Both the position numbers and the translations under genes were made by a program. The notes under the pieces were generated by a model. That model did no database searches, had not been told where the DNA came from, and worked only from the letters and a program-made list of their open reading frames with translations. This document shows, in pieces, positions 48,301 to 59,943 of a DNA stretch of 64,000 nt. Each line of letters opens with the position of its first letter. The stretch's first letter is position 1. Source of the DNA: Eukaryota sp. TZLM1-RC (lineage: Eukaryota; Protista; Metamonada: BaSk clade); assembly GCA_040285825.1 (NCBI GenBank), contig JAUPSS010000004.1, positions 5,547,784-5,611,783 of the forward strand, in the 5' to 3' direction.

Positions 48301-51300
48301 ACCAGCGAACACTGGGTGCTGCATCCTTTTGATATTTGGTTGCCTGACAATTATTGTTTTTAATTCTCTGATTATTTTAGGCAGTGGTGCTTCAATGCGA
48401 CATCACATTTTTAAAGAATTACAAATGTGTTTTAATCTAGTTTTGTAACAACAGAATCATTTTTGACATTAATTCAAATATGAGTTTTTATTAATGGAAT
48501 CTAATGATTCAAAAGAAAGTCAAGATTTAAATAAATTTTGTGAAGTTTGTGATCATTTAATGTTTACATTTGCAACTATCGGTTTACTATTGGATGCGGC
48601 CATACTTGGTCTATAGCACCAGATCCCATTCCGAATTCCGAAGATAAGCGGCCACAGGCTTGGTCAGTAGTTGGGTGGGAGACCACCAGCGAACACTGGG
48701 TGCTGCATCCTTTTGATATTTGGTTGCCTGACAATTATTGTTTTTAATTATCTGCTTAGTTAAGGCAGCAATGCTTCAATGTGACATCATTTTTTTAAAG
48801 AATTACAAATGTATTATAATCTAATTTTGTAAAAACAGAATCATTTCTGACATTAATTCAAATATGAGTTTTTATTAATGGAATCTAATGATTCAAAAGA
48901 AAGTCAAGATTTTAATAAATTTTGTGAAGTTTGTGATCATTTAATGTTTACATTTGCAACTATCGCTTTACTATGGATGCGGCCATACTTGGTCTATAGC
49001 ACCGGATCCCATTCCGAATTCCGAAGTTAAGCGGCCACAGGCCTGGTCAGTAGTTGGGTGGGAGACCACCAGCGAACACTGGGTGCTGCATCCTTTTGAT
49101 ATTTGGTTGCCTGACAATTATTGTTTTTAATTCTCTGATTATTTTAGGCAGTGGTGCTTCAATGCGACATCACATTTTTAAAGAATTACAAATGTGTTTT
49201 AATCTAGTTTTGTAACAACAGAATCATTTCTGACATTAATTCAAATATGAGTTTTTATTAATGGAATCTAATGATTCAAAAGAAAGTCAAGATTTAAATA
49301 AATTTTGTGAAATTTGTGATCATTTAATGTTTACATTTGCAACTATCGGTTTACTATTGGATGCGGCCATACTTGGTCTATAGCACCAGATCCCATTCCG
49401 AATTCCGAAGATAAGCGGCCACAGGCTTGGTCAGTAGTTGGGTGGGAGACCACCAGCGAACACTGGGTGCTGCATCCTTTTGATATTTGGTTGCCTGACA
49501 ATTATTGTTTTTAATTCTCTGCTTATTTTAGGCAGTGGTGCTTCAATGCGACATCACATTTTTAAAGAATTACAAATGTATTTTAATCTAGTTTTGTAAC
49601 AACAGAATCATTTCTGACATTAATTCAAATATGAGTTTTTATTAATGGAATCTAATGATTCAAAAGAAAGTCAAGATTTTAATAAATTTTGTTAAGTTTG
49701 TGATCATTTAATGTTTACATTTGCAACTATCGGTTTACTATTGGATGCGGCCATACTTGGTCTATAGCACCGGATCCCATTCCGAATTCCGAAGTTAAGC
49801 GGCCACAGGCCTGGTCAGTAGTTGGGTGGGAGACCACCAGCGAACACTGGGTGCTGCATCTTTTTGATATTTGGTTGCCTGACAATTATTGTTTTTAATT
49901 CTCTGATTATTTTAGGCAGTGGTGTTTCAATGCGACATCACATTTTTAAAGAATTACAAATGTATTTTAATCTAGTTTTGTAACAACAGAATCATTTCTG
50001 ACATTAATTCAAATATGAGTTTTTATTAATGGAATCTAATGATTCAAAAGAAAGTCAAGATTTAAATAAATTTTGTGAAGTTTGTGATCATTTAATGTTT
50101 ACATTTGCAACTATCGGTTTACTATTGGATGCGGCCATACTTGGTCTATAGCACCGGATCCCATTCCGAATTCGAAGTTAAGCGGCCACAGGCCTGGTCA
50201 GTAGTTGGGTGGGAGACCACCAGCGAACACTGGGTGCTGCATCCTTTTGATATTTGGTTGCCTGACAATTATTGTTTTTAATTCTCTGCTTATTTTTAGG
50301 CAGTGGTGCTTCAATGCGACATCACATTTTTAAAGAATTACAAATGTATTTTAATCTAGTTTTGTAACAACAGAATCATTTCTGACATTAATTCAAATAT
50401 GAGTTTTTATTAATGGAATCTAATGATTCAAAAGAAAGTCAAGATTTAAATAAATTTTGTGAAGTTTGTGATCATTTAATGTTTACATTTGCAACTATCG
50501 GTTTACTATTGGATGCGGCCATACTTGGTCTATAGCACCGGATCCCATTCCGAATTCCGAAGTTAAGCGGCCACAGGCCTGGTCAGTAGTTGGGTGGGAG
50601 ACCACCAGCGAACACTGGGTGCTGCATCCTTTTGATATTTGGTTGCCTGACAATTATTGTTTTTAATTCTCTGCTTATTTTAGGCAGTGGTGCTTCAATG
50701 CGACATCACATTTTTAAAGAATTACAAATGTATTTTTAATCTAGTTTTGTAACAACAGAATCATTTCTGACATTAATTCAAATATGAGTTTTTATTAATG
50801 GAATCTAATGATTCAAAAAGAAAGTCAAGATTTAAATAAATTTTGTGAAGTTTGTGATCATTTAATGTTTACATTTGCAACTATCGGTTTACTATTGGAT
50901 GCGGCCATACTTGGTCTATAGCACCGGATCCCATTCCGAATTCCGAAGTTAAGCGGCCACAGGCCTGATCAGTAGTTGGGTGGGAGACCACCAGCGAACA
51001 CTGGGTGCTGCATCCTTTTGATATTTGGTTGCCTGACAATTATTGTTTTAATTCTCTGCTTATTTAAAGCAGCGGTGCTTCAATGCGACATCACATTTTT
51101 AAAGAATTACAAATGTATTTTAATCTAGTTTTGTAACAACAGAATCATTTCTGACATTAATTCAAATATGAGTTTTTATTAATGGAATCTAATGATTCAA
51201 AAGAAAGTCAAGATTTAAATAAATTTTGTGAAGTTTGTGATCATTTAATGTTTACATTTGCAACTATCGGTTTACTATTGGATGCGGCCATACTTGGTCT

Positions 51301-54300
51301 ATAGCACCGGATCCCATTCCGAATTCCGAAGTTAAGCGGCCACAGGCCTGATCAGTAGTTGGGTGGGAGACCACCAGCGAACACTGGGTGCTGCATCCTT
51401 TTGATATTTGGTTGCCTGACAATTATTGTTTTAATTCTCTGCTTATTTAAAGCAGCGGTGCTTCAATGCGACATCACAATTTTAAAGAATTACAAATGTA
51501 TTTTAATCTAGTTTTGTAACAACAGAATCATTTCTGACATTAATTCAAATATGAGTTTTTATTAATGGAATCTGATGATTCAAAAGAAAGTCAAGATTTT
51601 AATAAATTTTGTTAAGTTTGTGATCATTTAATGTTTACATTTGCAACTATCGGTTTACTATTGGATGCGGCCATACTTGGTCTATAGCACCGGATCCCAT
51701 TCCGAATTCCGAAGTTAAGCGGCCACAGGCCTGGTCAGTAGTTGGGTGGGAGACCACCAGCGAACACTGGGTGCTGCATCCTTTTGATATTTGGTTGCCT
51801 GACAATTATTGTTTTTAATTCTCTGATTATTTTAGGCAGTGGTGTTTCAATGCGACATCACAATTTTAAAGAATTACAAATGTATTTTAATCTAGTTTTG
51901 TAACAACAGAATCATTTCTGACATTAATTCAAATATGAGTTTTTATTAATGGAATCTGATGATTCAAAAGAAAGTCAAGATTTTAATAAATTTTGTTAAG
52001 TTTGTGATCATTTAATGTTTACATTTGCAACTATCGGTTTACTATTGGATGCGGCCATACTTGGTCTATAGCACCGGATCCCATTCCGAATTCCGAAGTT
52101 AAGCGGCCACAGGCCTGGTCAGTAGTTGGGTGGGAGACCACCAGCGAACACTGGGTGCTGCATCCTTTTGATATTTGGTTGCCTGACAATTATTGTTTTT
52201 AATTCTCTGATTATTTTAGGCAGTGGTGTTTCAATGCGACATCACATTTTTAAAGAATTACAAATGTATTTTAATCTAGTTTTGTAACAACAGAATCATT
52301 TCTGACATTAATTCAAATATGAGTTTTTATTAATGGAATCTAATGATTCAAAAGAAAGTCAAGATTTAAATAAATTTTGTGAAGTTTGTGATCATTTAAT
52401 GTTTACATTTGCAACTATCGGTTTACTATTGGATGCGGCCATACTTGGTCTATAGCACCGGATCCCATTCCGAATTCCGAAGTTAAGCGGCCACAGGCCT
52501 GGTCAGTAGTTGGGTGGGAGACCACCAGCGAACACTGGGTGCTGCATCCTTTTGATATTTGGTTGCCTGACAATTATTGTTTTTAATTCTCTGCTTATTT
52601 TAGGCAGTGGTGCTTCAATGCGACATCACATTTTTAAAGAATTACAAATGTGTTTTAATCTAGTTTTGTAACAACAGAATCATTTCTGACATTAATTCAA
52701 ATATGAGTTTTTATTAATGGAATCTGATGATTCAACAGAAAGTCAAGATTTTAATAAATTTTGTTAAGTTTGTGATCATTTAATGTTTACATTTGCAACT
52801 ATCGGTTTACTATTGGATGCGGCCATACTTGGTCTATAGCACCGGATCCCATTCCGAATTCCGAAGTTAAGCAGCCACAGGCCTGGTCAGTAGTTGGGTG
52901 GGAGACCACCAGCGAACACTGGGTGCTGCATCCTTTTGATATTTGGTTGCCTGACAATTATTGTTTTTAATTCTCTGCTTATTTTAGGCAGTGGTGCTTC
53001 AATGCGACATCACATTTTTAAAGAATTACAAATGTATTTTAATCTAGTTTTGTAACAACAGAATCATTTCTGACATTAATTCAAATATGAGTTTTTATTA
53101 ATGGAATCTAATGATTCAAAAGAAAGTCAAGATTTAAATAAATTTTGTGAAGTTTGTGATCATTTAATGTTTACATTTGCAACTATCGCGTTACTATTGG
53201 ATGCGGCCATACTTGGTCTATAGCACCGGATCCCATTCCGAATTCCGAAGTTAAGCGGCCACAGGCCTGGTCACCAGCGAACACTGGGTGCTGCATCCTT
53301 TTGATATTTGGTTGCCTGACAATTATTGTTTTTAATTCTCTGCTTATTTAAGGCAGCGGTGCTTCAATGCGACATCACAATTTTAAAGAATTACAAATGT
53401 ATTTTAATCTAATTTTGTAACAACAGAATCATTTCTGACATTAATTCAAATATGAGTTTTTATTAATGGAATCTGATGATTCAACAGAAAGTCAAGATTT
53501 TAATAAATTTTGTTAAGTTTGTGATCATTTAATGTTTACATTTGCAACTATCGGTTTACTATTGGATGCGGCCATACTTGGTCTATAGCACCGGATCCCA
53601 TTCCGAATTCCGAAGTTAAGCGGCCACAGGCCTGGTCACCAGCGAACACTGGGTGCTGCATCCTTTTGATATTTGGTTGCCTGACAATTATTGTTTTTAA
53701 TTCTCTGCTTATTTAAGGCAGCGGTGCTTCAATGCGACATCACAATTTTAAAGAATTACAAATGTATTTTAATCTAATTTTGTAACAACAGAATCATTTC
53801 TGACATTAATTCAAATATGAGTTTTTATTAATGGAATCTGATGATTCAACAGAAAGTCAAGATTTTAATAAATTTTGTTAAGTTTGTGATCATTTAATGT
53901 TTACATTTGCAACTATCGGTTTACTATTGGATGCGGCCATACTTGGTCTATAGCACCGGATCCCATTCCGAATTCCGAAGTTAAGCGGCCACAGGCCTGG
54001 TCAGTAGTTGGGTGGGAGACCACCAGCGAACACTGGGTGCTGCATCCTTTTGATATTTGGTTGCCTGACAATTATTGTTTTTAATTCTCTGATTATTTTA
54101 GGCAGTGGTGCTTCAATGCGACATTACATTTTTAAAGAATTACAAATGTGTTTTAATCTAGTTTTGTAACAACAGAATCATTTTTGACATTAATTCAAAT
54201 ATGAGTTTTTATTAATGGAATCTAATGATTCAAAAGAAAGTCAAGATTTAAATAAATTTTGTGAAGTTTGTGATCATTTAATGTTTACATTTGCAACTAT

Positions 54301-54725
54301 CGGTTTACTATTGGATGCGGCCATACTTGGTCTATAGCACCAGATCCCATTCCGAATTCCGAAGATAAGCGGCCACAGGCTTGGTCAGTAGTTGGGTGGG
54401 AGACCACCAGCGAACACTGGGTGCTGCATCCTTTTGATATTTGGTTGCCTGACAATTATTGTTTTTAATCATCTGCTTAGTTAAGGCAGCAATGCTTCAA
54501 TGTGACATCATTTTTTTAAAGAATTACAAATGTATTATAATCTAATTTTGTAAAAACAGAATCATTTCTGACATTAATTCAAATATGAGTTTTTATTAAT
54601 GGAATCTAATGATTCAAAAGAAAGTCAAGATTTTAATAAATTTTGTGAAGTTTGTGATCATTTAATGTTTACATTTGCAACTATCGGTTTACTATTGGAT
54701 GCGGCCATACTTGGTCTATAGCACC
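42348..54725 (+). rRNA. 5S rDNA array, right part: ~33 genes from 42460 to a truncated copy at 54697
   Basis: Continuation of the ~380-386-bp units; the spacer resumes exactly at the TSD. Confidence 0.95.
53199..53663 (+). pseudogene. Two adjacent 5S pseudogenes with the same 19-nt internal deletion
   Basis: ggcctggtcaccagcg instead of ggcctggtcagtagttgggtgggagaccaccagcg; units are 365 bp. Confidence 0.9.
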
Positions 54726-56790
54726 TGCTCATTAGACTTTAGAAGTTCATGTATATCAGCAGTAGGTTAGACTGGAACATCTTCTATGGAAGAAAGATGA
54801 GTAGAAAGAGGGTGAAGAGTGTGAAGTAGAGAGACAAGGTAATAATAAGTATTCAGATGTCTAGTTTCAAGACAAGAAGTGCAGCTGAAAGGGGTGACAC
54901 AGCAGAAGTTGTTGGCACAGCTTGGGATGGACGATCTGCAATAGACTCGAGTTTAGACTCAAGAATAGCCAGCAGTGCCTCTACAGACTGTCTTTTGTTA
55001 GTCTATTTTAGGGATTCAATGTTTTATAGTCAATGTGTGAGCGCACTAAACGAAACCTATAATCGCTATAATAGAAAAGCCAACAGTTCCACAAAGATCC
55101 ATGGCGAATTCAGATATAGTTGAACGAGGAGCAAAAGGTTCTTCGTCAAAGAGGGAAAGAAATGGTAAGAAAGAAACGGGTGTTGTGACTTCCCTTGGTA
55201 ACGTGTTTGTACTGAATAAGGGAATTAAATTGTGAAACTTTACGAATTTTTTGAATCTACAAACACCCTTGATTAAATGAACAACTGCTTTGACTAACAA
55301 CAATTTCATCAAATTTCACATCAGTTTACTATTTTTAGGAAAGAAAATGCTTAAAGCATGCCCAGTATCTATTATAAATGTGTCTATTTATCAGTTTGTG
55401 CATGTTCCATTGTTTTGTGGATGTAAGGAGTTGAAAATACACCAAATTTTAAAAGTAGCTGAAACTGAGAAATCAATCATTTTTGATTGTCTGCACCTTC
55501 CGTTTTCAGTAAGGACTACTGAAGACGGAGTAATTAATGTTTGGTGACGCTCTGCTTCTTCCCTTTTTTCTTGTAGACGAGTGTTTTTCATTTTAATGTC
55601 ATCTAGTAAAGGGATATTAGTTTCAAATTTGGATAAATTTCCTAATATATTAGCAGGGTCTGTTCTTGGACTAATCGAAGAACCGAACATCAGTTCGTAG
55701 GGGGTAAAACCAGTTTTTCTGCTTTTAGTAGAATTTATTAATAGTTGGGATATAGGTACATAAGTAGACCAATTTCCGTAGTCATTAAAATCTATTAATA
55801 GTTTCCTTAAGTATTGAAGAACGTCTCTATGTTTACGTTCTACAAGTCCATTACTTTCTGAATAGTGGGGAATTGAGTTACTCATCTCAATCGCTAATCT
55901 ATTACACACTATTTTGAAAGTCTCATTGGCGACCTCAGGTCCATTATCGCTATGAATTAACATAGGTATGCCAAAAATTGCGCAAACGTTCCAAATCAAA
56001 GCATCTGCGGTTTTTAAGGCATTGAGTTCTTTTAGAGGGACTAAAATTGTATATCCAGTAAAAGAGTCTACAAAAACTAATTGATATTTATTTCCTTCGT
56101 TGTCAGTGTTCAGAGGTCCAATTGTATCGACGTTTAATCTGGCGAATGGACGATCTGCCCATAGAGATCCTGTGGAAGGTGTTTTTGATCTTTTAACTGG
56201 AGCCGTTTTTTGACAAGTTGGGCAACTTTTGACATGATTTATGAGGTCCTTTCTCATATTAGGCCAGTAGAAGTCACTTTTGGATAGTTTGGGTAAACTA
56301 TCGTTTTTGCTGGGGTGGCCAGATTGAACTAAACCATGTATTAATAATAGTGCCTGTTTTCTGAAGCTCTTTGGAATTAAAATTTTATTTTTATTATTTT
56401 TCCAAATTTGAGTATTTTCATCTAGAATTGCATTTTCAAATAAAGAGTCATTGTTGTTTTTGGCTACTTGTTGTTCAGATCTTATTTTAGAGAACCAAGA
56501 AGAAAAAATGGGTAAGTCTTGGTGTCTACTTAAAGATGAAATTGATGGGACATCTTCAAAGTCCGAATCAGAATCATCGTCTAATGGAGGTATCTCGTAA
56601 TTCGAAAGTAAAGTATCTGGTATATTTATACTACAAATAGAAGGAGTTTCCTCGTTTTGATCCAAATCAATATTCCTCGATAGCATATCTGCCCAATGGT
56701 TATTTTCACCAGGTTCATGGACTATATCAAAGTCGAATTCAGATAGTATCGGCAGTCATCTCTTTACAATTCTATTTTTCTCTGGGACTG

Positions 56791-59700
56791 TGATGATCTG
56801 TGGGGGTTAGACATTGAGTATACCTTAAATGTAGAGTAATTTATTACAAGGGAATGAGGATTTCCCTTAACTTAAGCGCATGGGCGCAATAATACAATAA
56901 CTATGAATAAACTATAAATAAACTAATATAAATATTATCCAAGGCTAACACTGCCCTTTCTTCTTTTCGAGCGTCGAGGCCTGATAGGAGTTGGATTAAC
57001 ATTATTGTTAATTTTATCAGAACGACGTTTACGGCGTGAAGGACGAGAGCGAGTATTAGAAATAGACTTGGAGAATTCTTTATAAGCAGAGGTGTTTTGA
57101 ACAGTCGAAACCAGTTCAGTGGTAATATGATTGCCAGGCCATTGGACTTGACAGTAATCACCATCCTGACTGAGGACTTTCTGGATCACGTGCTCTTTTG
57201 CATCGCCAGCAGCAACCCAGGAGTAAAATTCATCATCTGCTGGTAAACTGGAATGCCAAGGTTGGAGGTGCTTCACACTGGCTTTAACAACCATACCAGT
57301 ACACAGATTCTTGATGTCAGCTGTGGAGGTAGAGGGTGTGTTAATAACTAAGAATGGCCCTTTGTAATTACCATGTAACTTAGCAGTGGAAGACGAAGCT
57401 CGTTTGACCAATTGGCCAGGAGAGAAAGGGTTGGCTTTGATTTGGGCATCACGAGGAGGAGCCTTGGAAGCTTGACGGAGCGCTGCTTCCTCCTGTTTCT
57501 TCTTCAATCTAGCAAATTTAGATTGAATGTCGTTGATATATGTTGACTCAGACGTTGAGCTTTCGAGGGTCTCTATGATTTTGCCGGAGTCAGCTCTGGG
57601 GCGAAAATCTGAACCAAACATGAGCTCGTATGGAGAGTAACCTGTAATCGAACTCTTGGATGAGTTGATTAACAATTGTACATAGGGTATGTACTCTGAC
57701 CATGCATCGTAGGCGTTAAAATCTACGAGCAGCTTCCTCAAATTTTGCAAAATGTCACGGTGACGGCGTTCGACTAAACCGTTGGACTGAGAAAAGTGAG
57801 GGACGGACTTTGAGACCTCTATGCCCAAAAATTCACATAGGGCGTCGAAGACAGCTTTTGAGAACTCAGGACCGTTGTCACTATGAACTATGAACGGGAT
57901 CCCGAATATCGCACATACCTTCCATATGAGAGCGTCGGCAGTAAGGTTGGCGTTGAGTTCTTTGAGAGGGACAATGATAGTGAACCTCGTGAAGCTATCC
58001 ACAAATACAAAAATGTATCTGATTGATTCATCTTGTTGATCATTTTGAGACTCAATGCTCAAAGATGAGAAAACAGTGTCTGTATCCACTGGGTCAGGAT
58101 CAGAGGTTCTCAATTCTACTGGGTCATGACTGCTTGGATAGTAACTTTCCAAAATACCATCAATGTTAACCCATAGAAGAGAACTTGAATTGGTGACACC
58201 AATGTTCTCTTGTACATTCAATAGGGCATCCCTTAGAGGCCTATTCCTTCTGTGCTCTGGACCAAAATATGACGCGCAATGGTCTGGTCTGCGGTCTTGA
58301 AGGTACAATCTCTGATAGTTCGTAGTGTAGGGGTACCACCATCCAGTCCTGAAGTCTCTGTTGATATAAATATCAAGAGAAGCATTGTATCCAGGGCTAA
58401 ACCTGGGAAAAGGACATGGATTACACCGGTTGAGGAAGAGATTCAGCTCATCACCAGCGAAGATCCTCTGTACACCTTCACGAAGAGTCCTGAACCCTCC
58501 AACAGTCTCCCGTTGAGGATAATTTGGAGGAGGGTCACAACGAACCGTGAGATTGTCTACTTCCTCCGTTGGGAAGTAGGGGCCTATTCTTCTGCGGATC
58601 CTAAAGCCGTGATCATTAACCACTTCTGGACCCCAAAATGGGGGTAAAGCAGCAATGAGTTCATTGGGAGGAATCGATGCAGGATCTCCTTGCATTAACT
58701 CAATACCAGCATTGAGAACTAAGTTTTGAGCTTCAGTTCTCTGCTGAGTAGAGATGAAAGGAGAATCTGATTCCTGGGGCTGGCTTGGGGCTTGATAGGT
58801 GTTGAGCTGTGCAGCACTAAGCACCTGCCAAGCAGCAGGAACAGAAAAAACAACGTGACCTTGCTGAGGAGTCTGGCCAGAGGTTGGAGGGATATGAATT
58901 ACTCCTCTAGTAGGAACTCCCGAAGGAGGAACAGGTGGAGTTGAATGGACTTCTGTAGGAGCTACCGTAGTAGGAGCAGAAGTATCAGGAAGACCTGCTA
59001 CAGGAGCTTCTTGGGAAGGAGTAGTAGGATTAGGGTTACCAGCAGGGACTGCAGGAAGAGCTGGTTGTTGCGGTGGGCTGCTTTCCATTGGAACTTCCAT
59101 AGAAGGAATGGAAGGAGCTCGTTGTCCTTCCTCAGGAACTTCCGAAGAAGGAGTCGAAGGGGCTTGTTGTCCTTCCTCAGGAACTTCCGAAGAAGGAGTG
59201 GAAGGGACGACAGGAGCGCAAACTATAGGTGAAGAGGGAGACTCCACCATCTTGAGCTTCAACAGCTCGGATATCTTGTTGCTGGCCGAGTCAGGACCAG
59301 TCTGGTTGATATTATACTTCAGATATTCATCTAAAGTACTGAACTGTTCAGGACCTAAAAGGGAATCTTCAACCTCTCCTTCAGAACCAGGGGGAGGAGA
59401 AAGAGGTACAAAGTTTTCCACATTAGAGGGAGAAACAGGAAGACTGATAGGAACCACAGGAACATCCGTGGATGGAGTGGGACCTTGACCCGGAGGGTGA
59501 GAGGAAGTATCACTTCTCTCGCCACCAGAGGGTAGTTCTGTTCCCAACTGAGGAGTTTGGGAGGAAGAACTTGAAGCATTGGGTTGTGTGACAGAATCTC
59601 CAGAAGGAGGAGTCGACACAGGAGGAGGAGAAGCATTGCTTCCCTCGGACCCAGTTGTCAAGGGTTGTTCTGGTCCCGACTGAGGAGTTCGGGAGGAAGA

Positions 59701-59943
59701 ACTCGAAAGGTGAGACGTAGGAGGATCAGTCCTAACAGTCTCGAAGGTGTCATTGGAACCACCCAAAGGTGATCCAATACGTATTGATGATCTGTGGGGG
59801 TTAGACATTGAGTATACCTTAAATGTAGAGTAATTTATTACAAGGGAATGAGGATTTCCCTTAACTTAACGCATAGACGCAATAATACAATAACTATGAA
59901 TAAACTATAAATAAACTATTATAAATATTATCCAAGGCTAACA
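56791..59943 (-). mobile_element. Nested non-autonomous LTR element (3153 bp) of a second family
   Basis: LTRs 59785-59943 (159 bp) and 56791-56950 (160 bp), TG...CA on the minus strand, ~4 differences; TSD ACTG splits the host RNase H region; PPT aaaagaagaaagggcag next to the 3' LTR. Confidence 0.92.
56935..59808 (-). CDS. 957-aa ORF: Pro/Ser-rich region plus Gag N-terminal-like region fused to an integrase core and chromo-like tail; no PR, RT or RNase H
   Basis: FVDSFTRF, HSDNGPEF, SNGLVERRH, GPF, HVIQKVL...VQWPG; LPPFW, DHGFRIR and FAGDELN resemble LPPLW, DQFGRRIR and FDADALN in the N-terminus of the full element. Confidence 0.8.
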   Translation of the reverse strand: MSNPHRSSIRIGSPLGGSNDTFETVRTDPPTSHLSSSSSRTPQSGPEQPLTTGSEGSNASPPPVSTPPSGDSVTQPNASSSSSQTPQLGTELPSGGERSDTSSHPPGQGPTPSTDVPVVPISLPVSPSNVENFVPLSPPPGSEGEVEDSLLGPEQFSTLDEYLKYNINQTGPDSASNKISELLKLKMVESPSSPIVCAPVVPSTPSSEVPEEGQQAPSTPSSEVPEEGQRAPSIPSMEVPMESSPPQQPALPAVPAGNPNPTTPSQEAPVAGLPDTSAPTTVAPTEVHSTPPVPPSGVPTRGVIHIPPTSGQTPQQGHVVFSVPAAWQVLSAAQLNTYQAPSQPQESDSPFISTQQRTEAQNLVLNAGIELMQGDPASIPPNELIAALPPFWGPEVVNDHGFRIRRRIGPYFPTEEVDNLTVRCDPPPNYPQRETVGGFRTLREGVQRIFAGDELNLFLNRCNPCPFPRFSPGYNASLDIYINRDFRTGWWYPYTTNYQRLYLQDRRPDHCASYFGPEHRRNRPLRDALLNVQENIGVTNSSSLLWVNIDGILESYYPSSHDPVELRTSDPDPVDTDTVFSSLSIESQNDQQDESIRYIFVFVDSFTRFTIIVPLKELNANLTADALIWKVCAIFGIPFIVHSDNGPEFSKAVFDALCEFLGIEVSKSVPHFSQSNGLVERRHRDILQNLRKLLVDFNAYDAWSEYIPYVQLLINSSKSSITGYSPYELMFGSDFRPRADSGKIIETLESSTSESTYINDIQSKFARLKKKQEEAALRQASKAPPRDAQIKANPFSPGQLVKRASSSTAKLHGNYKGPFLVINTPSTSTADIKNLCTGMVVKASVKHLQPWHSSLPADDEFYSWVAAGDAKEHVIQKVLSQDGDYCQVQWPGNHITTELVSTVQNTSAYKEFSKSISNTRSRPSRRKRRSDKINNNVNPTPIRPRRSKRRKGSVSLG

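Noticed and set aside
54726-55515. Protein-coding gene between the 5S array and the LTR element
   Set aside because: Only short broken frames with no recognisable motif; possibly a decayed gene fragment.
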